Assembly: GCA_031367705.1 (NCBI GenBank)
Contig: JANLQI010000360.1
Location: forward strand, 3,012 to 67,011
Origin: Saprospiraceae bacterium
Lineage (GTDB): Bacteria; Bacteroidota; Bacteroidia; Chitinophagales; Saprospiraceae
DNA: 64,000 bases
Direction: 5' to 3'
Below, one piece after another: positions 44,673 through 54,571 of the stretch (positions are counted from its first letter, which is position 1; the number at the start of each line of letters is the position of its first letter). The translations under genes were made by a program, and so were the position numbers. The notes below the pieces were generated by a model that searched no databases, had not been told where the DNA came from, and worked only from the letters and a program-made list of their open reading frames with translations.

Positions 44673-47024
44673 ATGAAACTTTCTTTAATATCTCTTTTGT
44701 GCTTACCATATTTTGTTGTTTTATCTCAAAATAGCACAATAAGTGGCATTGTCACTGATGAAAATGGAGAACCCTTAATAGGGGCTAATGTTTTTGATTT
44801 AAATAATCAAAAAGGGATTGCAACAAACAATAATGGCTTTTATAGTTTGACCATAAACTCATACGAAACTAAAATACAATATTCATTCACAAGTATGGAT
44901 AAATTAATACAGAACATTGTTATTAAAAATGATACAATTATTAATGTTAAATTAAAATCAACTACATTACAAGAGGTTATTGTTAAAGCTAATAAAGATA
45001 TAAAGTTAGAGAAAATAAGTACAGTAGTTTTACCTTTAGAACAAATAAAGAAAATACCATCAATAGGTGGTGAAACAGATATTATAAAAGCACTGGGTTT
45101 GACACCTGGAGTAAGTAATGGTACTGAGGGGTCGGCAGGTCTGTTTGTACGTGGTGGTACACCTGACCAGAATTTAATTTTGCTTGATGAGGCTGTTGTT
45201 TACAATCCGAATCACCTTTTTGGTTTATTGTCAGTATTTAATGCGGATGCTGTGAAAAATGTTGAATTAATAAAAGGTGGTTTTCCTGCACGCTACGGTG
45301 GTAGGTTGTCTTCTGTTTTAGATATTACGATGAAGGAAGGGAGTTTAGAGAAAAAAAGAACTGACTTTGGTATCGGATTAGTTGCCTCTCGTATTTTGTT
45401 GGAACGTCCTATCGTTAAGGATAAATTAAGTATCTTAATTGCTGCTCGGGCATCTTATTTAGGATTAATAAAATTGCCACAATATTTTTCATATAAATCT
45501 GGAAAAAGTACCGACTATTTTAATTACTATCTTTACGATTGTAATTTAAAGGTTAATTATAAAATAAACAATAAGAATCACCTTTATTTTAGTATTTATG
45601 CTGGCGACGATAATTTATTTACTTTTGATAAAACACTAATTAGTGCCAATAATAAAACTGGTGCTGTTTCTGAAAATAAAACTTATTTGAATTGGGGTAA
45701 TAGAACTCTTACTTTAAGATACAATAATATCTTATCGTCGAAATTGTTTTGGAAAAATATTCTTACATTTTCGCAATTTAATTATAAAACAAAAGTAAAC
45801 ACAAATTTAGATTCATTAAAACAGAATAGTTCTTATAAAATATCTTCGGGCTTAAAAGATTATACATATAAGTCCTCTCTTGATTTTGTACCTAATAATA
45901 TGCATTATTCAAAAATTGGTATAGAAGTTATTTATCACGATTTTACACCGCAATCAAAAATTTATGAAACCTATGATTCAACTAAAAATAATATATACTC
46001 AAATGAAAAAACTTATGCTTTAGAAACAGCTTCATTTATCGAAGACGAATGGAAGATATCCGAAAGTTTTAAAGTAAATGTTGGTTTAAGGTTTAATAAT
46101 TACAAAGTGAATAAAAAAGATTATTATTCTTTTGAACCCCGATTAATGTTGGTCTATGATATTGGGAAACACATATTTCTAAAGGCAGCGTATAGTAAAA
46201 TGCAGCAAAATGTTCATCTACTTACAAATAGTGGTGTAGGTTATCAAAACGATATTTGGGTGCCAAGTACAGATAAAGTTAAACCTCAAAAATCGGAACA
46301 ATGGGCTTTAGGTATTTCTAAATATTTGAATAAACTCGACTTAGAAATTAGTATGGAAGCGTATTATAAGATTATGACACAACTAATTGATTATAAAGAA
46401 GGTGCAAATATAATATCCAGTAATGCGAATTGGGAAAAATCATTAGAAATTAATGGAATGGGTTTGTCAAAAGGCTTAGAATTTTTTATTCATAAGAAAT
46501 TTGGCAGAGTAAATGGCTTTATGTCATATACTTTATCAAATACAGTTAGGCGGTTTACTAATATTAATGATGGTGAAATATATCCTTTTCGATATGATAG
46601 TCCACATAATTTTGCCACTACTTTTAATTATCAAATAAATAAAAAATGGGATTTTTCAGGTACATGGGTATTCAAAACAGGCGAACCGATAACTTTACCT
46701 ATATACACAATCGAGTCTCCAAGTGCAACATCAACTCTGTCACCAGTCTATTTTATTTACAGTAAACGAAACGAATATCGTTTGCCAAATTATCATCGTT
46801 TAGATGTCGCTATCAATAGAACCTTTTATTCATCAAAAAACAATAAAAGTCTTTTAACTTTTAGCGTTTTTAATGCTTACAATAGAAGCAATGTGTTTTA
46901 TATTATTGTTGTCAATGAACGTTTCCAAAATGCTCAAACTGGAAAAGATGATATAAGGCAAAAACTTAAAGAAAAGTCACTGTTTCCAATACTTCCTTCT
47001 ATCAGCTATTCTAAATCTTTTTGA
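44673..47024 (+). CDS. TonB-dependent receptor with carboxypeptidase-regulatory-like N-terminal domain
   Basis: ISGIVTDENGEPLIGANVF (CarbopepD_reg-like), the plug motif ...GGTPDQNLILLDEAVVYNPNHLFG, a long beta-barrel, and the C-terminal residue F. Confidence 0.85.
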   Translation: MKLSLISLLCLPYFVVLSQNSTISGIVTDENGEPLIGANVFDLNNQKGIATNNNGFYSLTINSYETKIQYSFTSMDKLIQNIVIKNDTIINVKLKSTTLQEVIVKANKDIKLEKISTVVLPLEQIKKIPSIGGETDIIKALGLTPGVSNGTEGSAGLFVRGGTPDQNLILLDEAVVYNPNHLFGLLSVFNADAVKNVELIKGGFPARYGGRLSSVLDITMKEGSLEKKRTDFGIGLVASRILLERPIVKDKLSILIAARASYLGLIKLPQYFSYKSGKSTDYFNYYLYDCNLKVNYKINNKNHLYFSIYAGDDNLFTFDKTLISANNKTGAVSENKTYLNWGNRTLTLRYNNILSSKLFWKNILTFSQFNYKTKVNTNLDSLKQNSSYKISSGLKDYTYKSSLDFVPNNMHYSKIGIEVIYHDFTPQSKIYETYDSTKNNIYSNEKTYALETASFIEDEWKISESFKVNVGLRFNNYKVNKKDYYSFEPRLMLVYDIGKHIFLKAAYSKMQQNVHLLTNSGVGYQNDIWVPSTDKVKPQKSEQWALGISKYLNKLDLEISMEAYYKIMTQLIDYKEGANIISSNANWEKSLEINGMGLSKGLEFFIHKKFGRVNGFMSYTLSNTVRRFTNINDGEIYPFRYDSPHNFATTFNYQINKKWDFSGTWVFKTGEPITLPIYTIESPSATSTLSPVYFIYSKRNEYRLPNYHRLDVAINRTFYSSKNNKSLLTFSVFNAYNRSNVFYIIVVNERFQNAQTGKDDIRQKLKEKSLFPILPSISYSKSF

Positions 47025-47112
47025 GCCCCTCAGTATTTTCACTCTTTCACCCTATTTTATTCGTTCTCTTACATTTTTTATCCACAAAAGTTTGGTTCAC
47101 GAAACACTTATT

Positions 47113-47120
47113 CTAACTTT
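47113..47120 (+). promoter_or_regulatory. -7 promoter box TAACTTTG, far upstream of pnp
   Basis: TAnnTTTG match about 410 nt upstream of the pnp start. This implies either a long leader or a separate small transcript. Confidence 0.35.
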
Positions 47121-47528
47121 GCGTTTGTAAAAATGATAATAAGAAAATAGTTTGACGGGAGCGGCAAATTAGAAACGCCAACAAAGGGTTGGTGAGCGGT
47201 CAAAAAAAGTGGATATTGTTGAAGGACGTTTTGATGAACCCGTATTCAAAACAAGCCCAACACGAAACTTTTCCTACTAATTCTAACCTCCAATTTCCCT
47301 TTCGGAAATTAGATGATTTCAAGGTTCAAGATGTTTACAAAACATTAAATACCAACAGTTTAAGCCTCAAAAATTAAGACATTTTGACTATCTAAACCGA
47401 GAAATCATCAAGAATACTGAGGGGGGCATTTTCCAAAATATTAACAATCATTTTGACATGAAAATAGCTTTTCAAACTATTTCGGCTATTCGTATGTCAA
47501 AATACAAACTTGTTTTAACCTAATTAGA

Positions 47529-49832
47529 ATGGGAAAGCAAACTCCTACGACTACGTCGTTCAACCTACCCGATGGGCGTGAGGTTGTCCTCGAAACTGGT
47601 AAATTAGCCACCCAAGCAAACGGTTCTGTCGTCCTCCGTTGTGGCAATACAATGCTTTTGGCTGTCGTAACGGCAGCAGCAGAAGCCAAACCTGACCAAG
47701 ATTTTTTCCCCCTTTCGGTGGATTATCAAGAGAAATTTGCTGCTGCAGGACGTATTCCAGGCAACTTTTTTCGTCGTGAATCGCGTTTGACGGATTCTGA
47801 AATCCTGATTTCACGTCTTGTTGACCGTGCTTTACGTCCGTTGTTTCCTGACGGCTATCGCAACGAAACGCAAATCATTGTCAACCTTATTTCAGGTGAT
47901 AAAGACATTTCACCCGATGCTTTTGTTGCTTTGGCAGCATCTGCGGCAATTGCGGTGTCAGATGTGCCGATTTCACACTTGATTTCTGAGGCACGCGTTG
48001 CCCTCATCGGTGGCGAATACAAAGTCAATCCAACAAATACTGAATTGGAACGTGCTGAATTGAACGTCATCGTTGGCGCAACAAAAAGCGACGTAACGAT
48101 GGTTGAAGGTGAAGCGCACGAATGTCAAGAGCATCAACTCGTTGAAGCGATTAAAGTCGGTCACGCAGCCATCAAATTGCAAATCGAAGCCCAAGAACGT
48201 TTGGCGGCTTTGGTGAACAAACCGAAAATGGCATTGAAAGAAATCATCGTTTTAGAAGACTTGAAAGCTGAAATCAAAGCAGTTGCGGCTGAAAAAATCA
48301 AAGTTGTTGCTCGTGCAGCCTTTGGCAAATCAGAACGCAAAAAAGCTTTTGAAGCCATCAAAGAAGAAATCAAAACGACTTTGACGGAAACGCGTGACGA
48401 GGCATTCATGACGACAAACAAGAAATTGATTTCTGAATATTTCGACAAATTGAAGAAAGAAACGGTTCGTTCGGTCATGTTGACTGAGGGGGTACGTCTC
48501 GATGGTCGCCGCTTCGATGAGGTGCGTCCGATTTGGTGCGAGGTTGATTATTTGCCTTCGACACACGGTTCAGCTATCTTCAACCGTGGCGAAACGCAAG
48601 CCTTAACGTCATTGACATTGGGTACAAAAATGGACGCTGCTATGGTGGACAATGCCCTTGATTCTTATGATGATAAGTTCATTTTGCACTACAATTTCCC
48701 TGGCTATTCAGTCGGTGAGGTGAAGCCGCAACGTGGTCCAGGTCGTCGTGAAGTCGGTCACGCTAATTTGGCAGCGCGTTCGATTCGTCAAATTTTGCCA
48801 GAATCGCCTTATACAATGCGTATCGTTTCCGATATTTTGGAATCAAATGGCTCGTCTTCGATGGCGACAGTTTGTGCAGGCTCATTGGCGTTGATGGATG
48901 CAGGTATTCCGATTCCACGCCACGTTGCAGGTATTGCGATGGGTATGGTGACGGACGGCGGCACAGTTACTGAGCGGTCTCCTTTCGTTATTTTGAGCGA
49001 CATCTTAGGCGACGAAGATGCTTTGGGTGATATGGACTTCAAATTGACAGGTACAGTCAACGGCATTTGCGGTTGTCAAATGGACATCAAAATTGACGGT
49101 TTGCCTTACGAATTGCTTGAAAAAGCCTTGATGCAAGCCAAAGAAGGTCGTTTACACATCTTAGGTGAGATGGACAAAACGATTTCTAAACCTGCCGAAG
49201 ACATGAAACCTCATGCACCACGAGTTCTCGAAATCATCATTGATAAAGAATTTATCGGTGGCGTTATCGGACCCGGCGGTAAAATCATTCAAGAAATGCA
49301 GCGCACAACGGGCTGTCAAATCACGATTGAAGAAAAAGAAGGCAAAGGATATGTCAATATTTTTGCTTCCGACAAAGCGAGCATTGACAAAGCGGCTGGT
49401 ATGGTTCGCGCGATTGCTTACGAACCGCAAGTGGGCGAGGAGTTCACTGGCGTTGTGGCAACGGTGATGCCTTATGGCGTTTTTGTTGACTTTGCAGGTG
49501 GTAAGAGCGGCTTGTTGCACGTTTCAGAGATGTCGTGGACACGTATTGACAATGTTGAAGCAGAATTTAAAGAAGGTGATGAAGTCAAATTCCGCATCAT
49601 CGAAATTGATAAAAAAACAGGTAAGTTGCGTTTGAGCCGCAAGGCAGTCATTCCTTCCCCTGACGGTTCGCCTTATGTCCCTACTGAAAACAGTGGCGGA
49701 GGAGGTGGTGACCGTCGTGGCGGCGGTGGTGGTCGCGATGACCGACGCGGTGGCGGCGGTGGACGTGATGACCGACGCGGTGGCGGTGGTGGCGGCGACC
49801 GTCGTGGTGGCGGCGGTGGCGGCAGATACTAA
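47529..49832 (+). CDS. pnp: Polynucleotide phosphorylase with a C-terminal Arg/Gly-rich tail
   Basis: Two RNase PH domains, KH (GPGGKIIQEMQ) and S1 (GVFVDFAGGKSGLLHVSE), then GGGGGDRRGGGGGRDDRRGGGGGRDDRRGGGGGGDRRGGGGGGRY. Confidence 0.95.
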   Translation: MGKQTPTTTSFNLPDGREVVLETGKLATQANGSVVLRCGNTMLLAVVTAAAEAKPDQDFFPLSVDYQEKFAAAGRIPGNFFRRESRLTDSEILISRLVDRALRPLFPDGYRNETQIIVNLISGDKDISPDAFVALAASAAIAVSDVPISHLISEARVALIGGEYKVNPTNTELERAELNVIVGATKSDVTMVEGEAHECQEHQLVEAIKVGHAAIKLQIEAQERLAALVNKPKMALKEIIVLEDLKAEIKAVAAEKIKVVARAAFGKSERKKAFEAIKEEIKTTLTETRDEAFMTTNKKLISEYFDKLKKETVRSVMLTEGVRLDGRRFDEVRPIWCEVDYLPSTHGSAIFNRGETQALTSLTLGTKMDAAMVDNALDSYDDKFILHYNFPGYSVGEVKPQRGPGRREVGHANLAARSIRQILPESPYTMRIVSDILESNGSSSMATVCAGSLALMDAGIPIPRHVAGIAMGMVTDGGTVTERSPFVILSDILGDEDALGDMDFKLTGTVNGICGCQMDIKIDGLPYELLEKALMQAKEGRLHILGEMDKTISKPAEDMKPHAPRVLEIIIDKEFIGGVIGPGGKIIQEMQRTTGCQITIEEKEGKGYVNIFASDKASIDKAAGMVRAIAYEPQVGEEFTGVVATVMPYGVFVDFAGGKSGLLHVSEMSWTRIDNVEAEFKEGDEVKFRIIEIDKKTGKLRLSRKAVIPSPDGSPYVPTENSGGGGGDRRGGGGGRDDRRGGGGGRDDRRGGGGGGDRRGGGGGGRY

Positions 49833-49851
49833 TCTGTTTTCGTAAATACAC

Positions 49852-49896
49852 AAACGGCTAAATTGTTGATATGCAACAGTTTAGCCGTTTTTTTTT
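49852..49896 (+). terminator. Rho-independent terminator of pnp
   Basis: AAACGGCTAAATTGTT-GATATGC-AACAGTTTAGCCGTTT followed by a T-run. Confidence 0.85.
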
Positions 49897-50001
49897 ATGA
49901 TTTGTTGGACAATTTTCGTTTTAGAAAATAAGAATCAGTTTTGGTTATTCTGAAGAGTTTTTGTTTTGGATAAAAAAAAGCATTTAGGCGTTTGTGGACG
50001 G

Positions 50002-51003
50002 CTAAATGCGCTTTTTTACTGAGGATGTACTTTTATGTATTTTGATTGATTTATTTTCCTCTACTATAATCGTATCACCGCAATAATGGCTATAACTACC
50101 ACTGATTTCAGAATCTGAATATAATAAAGTTATGCTATCTTTAATCTTATAAAAGTAGGCATTTAGATTATGTTTATATAATCCATCCTTGCTTATTGGA
50201 TAGTTTTTATAAATTTCTTTGTTATATTTTGGACTCATTGCTTTTATCAAGGCTTTTTCTACATCTAAAAAAATAGTTTGTTTTGATGGTATATTTATTC
50301 CTAGTATAGCTTCTACCATATCCTCGATTGGAGAATCATTATCAAAACTATTTATTGAAATATTGTCTTCAATCTTAAAAAATAGTATTGCTATTTCATC
50401 TTTGGGTATTGAACCTGTATAAATAGGTTCTTCTAATGCCAAAATGTCTTGTAGCGTTTCATGCCCTGATAATCGTTTCCAGATGTCTTGATTTGTAGCC
50501 TTGCCAACATACAGGACAGTATATTTTGTAAACTCTTTTAAATCCCCTTTGATTTCAGCATTAAAATAACCTTTCCAATAGTTTTGCAGAAACTTTTCAG
50601 GCGAAAACCAAATTTTAAACTTATCATATTCAAGAAGTTTTATACCTTGAATATTAAAAAATGGCATTTTAGATAAGTCATTTTTAGCTTCGCTTGAACC
50701 CACACACAATACCACTTCTTTAGACAAGTCTTCAAGGAGATTTTTTTGGTAAACAAGAAATGAGCATTGTAAAACATGAGGATTCCCTTTTTGCCTAATT
50801 TCAAAGGATAATTTAACATTATCTTTATACGACTCGGAGCATATATTATCAAACCTTAATTCACCTCTTTGAACAATTGCATAAAGGCTACTATCATTTA
50901 ATGCTTTATGAATTGAAGTATCTTTTTTTAGTACTGTAAAATCATAAGCACTTAAAGGGCTATATGCTAATTGTAAGTTAGAGATTAGGTATTTATTTTC
51001 CAA
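50002..51003 (-). CDS. Hypothetical protein with a GIY-YIG-like nuclease core in its C-terminal half
   Basis: YTVLYVGKATNQDIWKRLSGH...EKALIKAMSPKYNK fits the (G)IY-YVG...R...H...E..LI....P..N spacing of GIY-YIG modules. The gene is very AT-rich. Confidence 0.45.
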   Translation of the reverse strand: MENKYLISNLQLAYSPLSAYDFTVLKKDTSIHKALNDSSLYAIVQRGELRFDNICSESYKDNVKLSFEIRQKGNPHVLQCSFLVYQKNLLEDLSKEVVLCVGSSEAKNDLSKMPFFNIQGIKLLEYDKFKIWFSPEKFLQNYWKGYFNAEIKGDLKEFTKYTVLYVGKATNQDIWKRLSGHETLQDILALEEPIYTGSIPKDEIAILFFKIEDNISINSFDNDSPIEDMVEAILGINIPSKQTIFLDVEKALIKAMSPKYNKEIYKNYPISKDGLYKHNLNAYFYKIKDSITLLYSDSEISGSYSHYCGDTIIVEENKSIKIHKSTSSVKKRI

Positions 51004-51005
51004 TT

Positions 51006-51539
51006 TTATTTTTTAAATAAATTATTTATTTCCTTAGAAGTTTCAAAGAATGTTACTAGTAATTTTGAATAAGAAGGGGGCTCAGCATCAGCTGTATATG
51101 AACCAATAAAAGGACTAACAGCACGAGGATCTTTAAATGTGAAGCGAATAGTTTGAATATCAATATTTCTTAATTTATTTATTTCTTCCAACGTTAAATT
51201 ATAGAGAGAGATTGTTTGTTTATTGAGATAGTCTCTCATTCCTTTATCCGTACATTTAATAAATGTGCCGTCGTCAAGTATCAAAGTTATTACACCTTGA
51301 AATCTTTCTTCGTATGGAGAGTTCATAGCCAACATCAAGTATCCACCTTTATTTCCATTTTTGGCTAAAGTAACTTCTAATCCATCGGCACTTAGTCCTA
51401 GCCATTGACATGCATCGCATTTAAAAACAAATGTTGAGGTAGCCTCAAACTTTTGGTTACCATGGTAGATATAGTATTGTGCGGAACATTGTGCTGTGAA
51501 AAACAACATTATGACAATCGAAAAGATAATTTTTTTCAT
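51006..51539 (-). CDS. Secreted hypothetical protein (177 aa)
   Basis: Signal peptide MKKIIFSIVIMLFFTAQCSAQ. AT-rich, and 2 nt upstream of the GIY-YIG-like gene. Confidence 0.5.
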   Translation of the reverse strand: MKKIIFSIVIMLFFTAQCSAQYYIYHGNQKFEATSTFVFKCDACQWLGLSADGLEVTLAKNGNKGGYLMLAMNSPYEERFQGVITLILDDGTFIKCTDKGMRDYLNKQTISLYNLTLEEINKLRNIDIQTIRFTFKDPRAVSPFIGSYTADAEPPSYSKLLVTFFETSKEINNLFKK

Positions 51540-51843
51540 TTCTTAATTTTAATTATTTAATGCCGCCAACTTGCGGATAGTGAGACTTTTTAGGAATTGA
51601 TTGACGGGAATATCCAATCAATCAACAAAATTACATTTTAAAAATAAACAAAAAAACATTCTTGTAAAAATCTGATAATTAATTTGTTAGCACATGTATA
51701 AAACACATTCCAATATGTATAAAACCAATAAAAAAGCCGATTGACCTTAAAAATCAATCGGCTTTTAACATTCAAACAGCCGAAAAGGGGCTTTATACTG
51801 AGGGGGTACTTACTTCTTCAAAGCCGCCTTCGAAAACAAATAT

Positions 51844-52875
51844 TCAGTAATTCAAACCATCAGCCAATTCAATAAGCTGTTCAGCAGTTGCAAATGGGTC
51901 AAAATGAGGCACGTCCAAAATATGTTTTTCAGGTGCAGAATGTCCTTCAAATCCAAAATTATAAGCTTTATCATAATATTTAAGACCCATGGCGGCAGCT
52001 TCCGCATATTCACCTTTTTGCACACATTCAATGGCTGCTTTGGCGTGGTTGTATCCCAATTTTTTCTTTATTTTTTCAAAAGAAGCCACCAAATCTGCCT
52101 GTGAAGTTTGGGTATAACCTTCTACCAAATGATTGACACGGGCTTCAAAAGGTACTTCAATATGAATAAGCGGTGCTTGACGCATTTGATTCCAAAACCC
52201 TTGTTGAATAAATACAGAACCAATACTGCGACTTTCGTTCTCAATCCAAACTCTTTTTTGAGGGTCTAATTTTCTAAAAACGTCAAATAAGTTATTATCA
52301 AATTGTTCAGATGAAGGCTGCGATTCTTCGCCAATCCAACCAAAAGCCGAGCCTTTATGATGGGCGAGAGCTTCTAAATCTATAATTTGTTCACCTCTTT
52401 TTTCTAACTCTTTTAAGACTAAAGTTTTACCACTGCCCGTTTTACCGCCTAAAATAATGGCTTTAATGCATTGATTTTCAAACTGTTGTAACACATATTG
52501 CCGATAAGCTTTATATCCGCCTGCAATTGTCAATACATCAAATCCCGCAAATTTCAGCAGCCACGCCATCGAGCCACTGCGTTTGCCCCCGCGCCAACAA
52601 TGCACAATTACTTTGCGAGACGGCGACCATTTTATAGCTTTTTTGATAAAACCAGACATTTTGGGACCAACAAAATCCAAACCTTTGAAAAGTGCACTTT
52701 CGGGAGAAACTTGTTTATAAATTGTTCCAACCTTAGCCCGTTCAGCATCATTGAAAAGCGGTAAACTTAAAGCATGAGGAATGTGCGCATGAGCATATTC
52801 GGCGGGTGAACGCACATCAATCAACACACGGTCATCGAGAAACTGCCAAAGGTCTTCAGGCTTTATTTTTTCCAT
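51844..52875 (-). CDS. selU: tRNA 2-selenouridine synthase
   Basis: Rhodanese active-site loop VIVHCWRGGKRS and P-loop GGKTGSGKT, with overall SelU/MnmH layout. Start chosen at MEKIKPEDLW. Confidence 0.85.
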   Translation of the reverse strand: MEKIKPEDLWQFLDDRVLIDVRSPAEYAHAHIPHALSLPLFNDAERAKVGTIYKQVSPESALFKGLDFVGPKMSGFIKKAIKWSPSRKVIVHCWRGGKRSGSMAWLLKFAGFDVLTIAGGYKAYRQYVLQQFENQCIKAIILGGKTGSGKTLVLKELEKRGEQIIDLEALAHHKGSAFGWIGEESQPSSEQFDNNLFDVFRKLDPQKRVWIENESRSIGSVFIQQGFWNQMRQAPLIHIEVPFEARVNHLVEGYTQTSQADLVASFEKIKKKLGYNHAKAAIECVQKGEYAEAAAMGLKYYDKAYNFGFEGHSAPEKHILDVPHFDPFATAEQLIELADGLNY

Positions 52876-53168
52876 TTTTTTTGCCAAAGGTAGCAACTTG
52901 AAGGGCAATACGGTGAGTAGGGGCATAAAAAAATGCCTTAGCGTAGGGGCTAAGGCATTCACGAAAACGAATTTTACAATTCTTTAACCAAAACTTACAA
53001 TTATACATTAGCAACAAGCGTGCCAAAACATGATTTAACAAGTTAATTTGTCAATTAAAATCATGTTTAAAATGAGAGAAAATATTATTAAGTTTTGTAA
53101 ATAATTGATTATCAATTATTTGTGCCAATATCTTTAAATGATAATTTTTTATCAGAAAATTAATCATT

Positions 53169-53999
53169 TTAATTTAAGAAAATTTTAGACGTGTAAGGTG
53201 GAATAATGCTGCGCTCTTTAGCCATATCAAACAAGGTCGTCACAGCCGCTCTTCCTTCATCTCCTAAGCCCTCGGTAAAATGATTGACATACAAGTCGAT
53301 ATGTTTTTGTCTCACCGTTTCATCCATCTCCTGTGCATGTTGCGCCACAAAATCATAACTCGCTTGCGGATTGTTAAAAGCATATTGAATGCTGCGCCGC
53401 ATCACGCGTTCCATTTTTTGCTGAACGTCCAAGGGTAAATCACGTCGAACAACGATGCCGCCTAAGGGAATGGGTTTGTTCGTTGTTTTTTCCCAAAATT
53501 CGCCTAAATCCATGAGTTTAATCAAGCCATGGTTTTGGTAAGTAAAACGGTTTTCATGTATGATAACACCTGCCGCAACATCCCCCCTCAGTACAGCGCC
53601 TTCAATGTCGTGAAAAACATATTCTTTTTTGCTTTGCGCCTCTGGATAGGCTAAACTGAATAAAAAATTAGCTGTCGTATAAGTGCCTGGAATGGCGATA
53701 ACTGATTGATTAATAGTCTTTTCTGCATCTTGCGATTTTGCAATAAGAAGCGGTCCAACACCATTGCCTAATGCGCTGCCCGATTCCAACAACGCATAAG
53801 CGTCAACGAGGTACGCAAAGGCATGATAGCTCAATTTCGTCACAGCCAATTCATGCCGCAAAGCACGATGATTCAATGCCTCGACATCTTCCATGACGAG
53901 TTCAAAAGTTAACCCCTCAGTATCAATCCGATTGTGAACCAGCGCATCGAAGATAAAGGTGTCGTTTGGACAGGGCGAAAAGCCGAGTGTTAGTTTCAT
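53169..53999 (-). CDS. mqnD: 1,4-dihydroxy-6-naphthoate synthase (futalosine pathway)
   Basis: MKLTLGFSPCPNDTFIFDALVH... is the typical MqnD start. Start chosen at this Met. Confidence 0.85.
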   Translation of the reverse strand: MKLTLGFSPCPNDTFIFDALVHNRIDTEGLTFELVMEDVEALNHRALRHELAVTKLSYHAFAYLVDAYALLESGSALGNGVGPLLIAKSQDAEKTINQSVIAIPGTYTTANFLFSLAYPEAQSKKEYVFHDIEGAVLRGDVAAGVIIHENRFTYQNHGLIKLMDLGEFWEKTTNKPIPLGGIVVRRDLPLDVQQKMERVMRRSIQYAFNNPQASYDFVAQHAQEMDETVRQKHIDLYVNHFTEGLGDEGRAAVTTLFDMAKERSIIPPYTSKIFLN

Positions 54000-54200
54000 T
54001 GACGTATTGATTAATGGTGACTGGGGATTGGTTATTTGTATATAAGTTTTAACCAATAACCAACAAAAATAGTCCAACTAATTGGCTGTCAATTAGTTGG
54101 ACTATATATGAGTAGTCTATTAGAAACAAATAAAAAGCTAAAATGATTTATAAAAAAGCCTTTTTAGCTAAAATATTTTGTCTTTGTACCTACAAGAAAA

Positions 54201-54464
54201 TTATTGCGATTGCAATTTGATGTCTGCTGCACCTGCACTTTTTGTAATCGCAAAATAAGAAAGAATGCACAAAACCATCAATGCAGCAACGAGATACCAA
54301 GTGATTTTTTCAATCGTTTCAGTCGAGCGGGCTGCACCAAACATTTGTTGCGCACCTGAACCATAAGTCGTGTCAATACCACCCCCTTTTGGGTTTTGAA
54401 TCAAGACAGCTAACATCAATAAAAGGGCTACAATAGCCGTCAAAACAGTCAATACACCTAACAT
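54201..54464 (-). CDS. secG: Preprotein translocase subunit SecG
   Basis: Two TM segments flank LIQNPKGGG...FGAARSTE. Confidence 0.85.
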   Translation of the reverse strand: MLGVLTVLTAIVALLLMLAVLIQNPKGGGIDTTYGSGAQQMFGAARSTETIEKITWYLVAALMVLCILSYFAITKSAGAADIKLQSQ

Positions 54465-54571
54465 TTTTATCTTTTTTTAATTATAAATAATATGAAATAT
54501 GAAGTAGTAATGAAGAAAAATGAGAGATGAAACATAAGGATTATTCATCATTCATCATTCATATCTCATCA

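Noticed and set aside
47189-47377. A 62-aa ORF in the pnp upstream region.
   Set aside because: It has a TTG/GTG-type start, no ribosome-binding context and no recognisable motif, and it lies in the probable leader region.
47560-49853. Multiple minus-strand ORFs inside pnp (for example 48161..48478, 49161..49520 and 49524..49853).
   Set aside because: They are antisense shadows of a highly conserved gene. The last one merely mirrors the GC-rich RGG tract.
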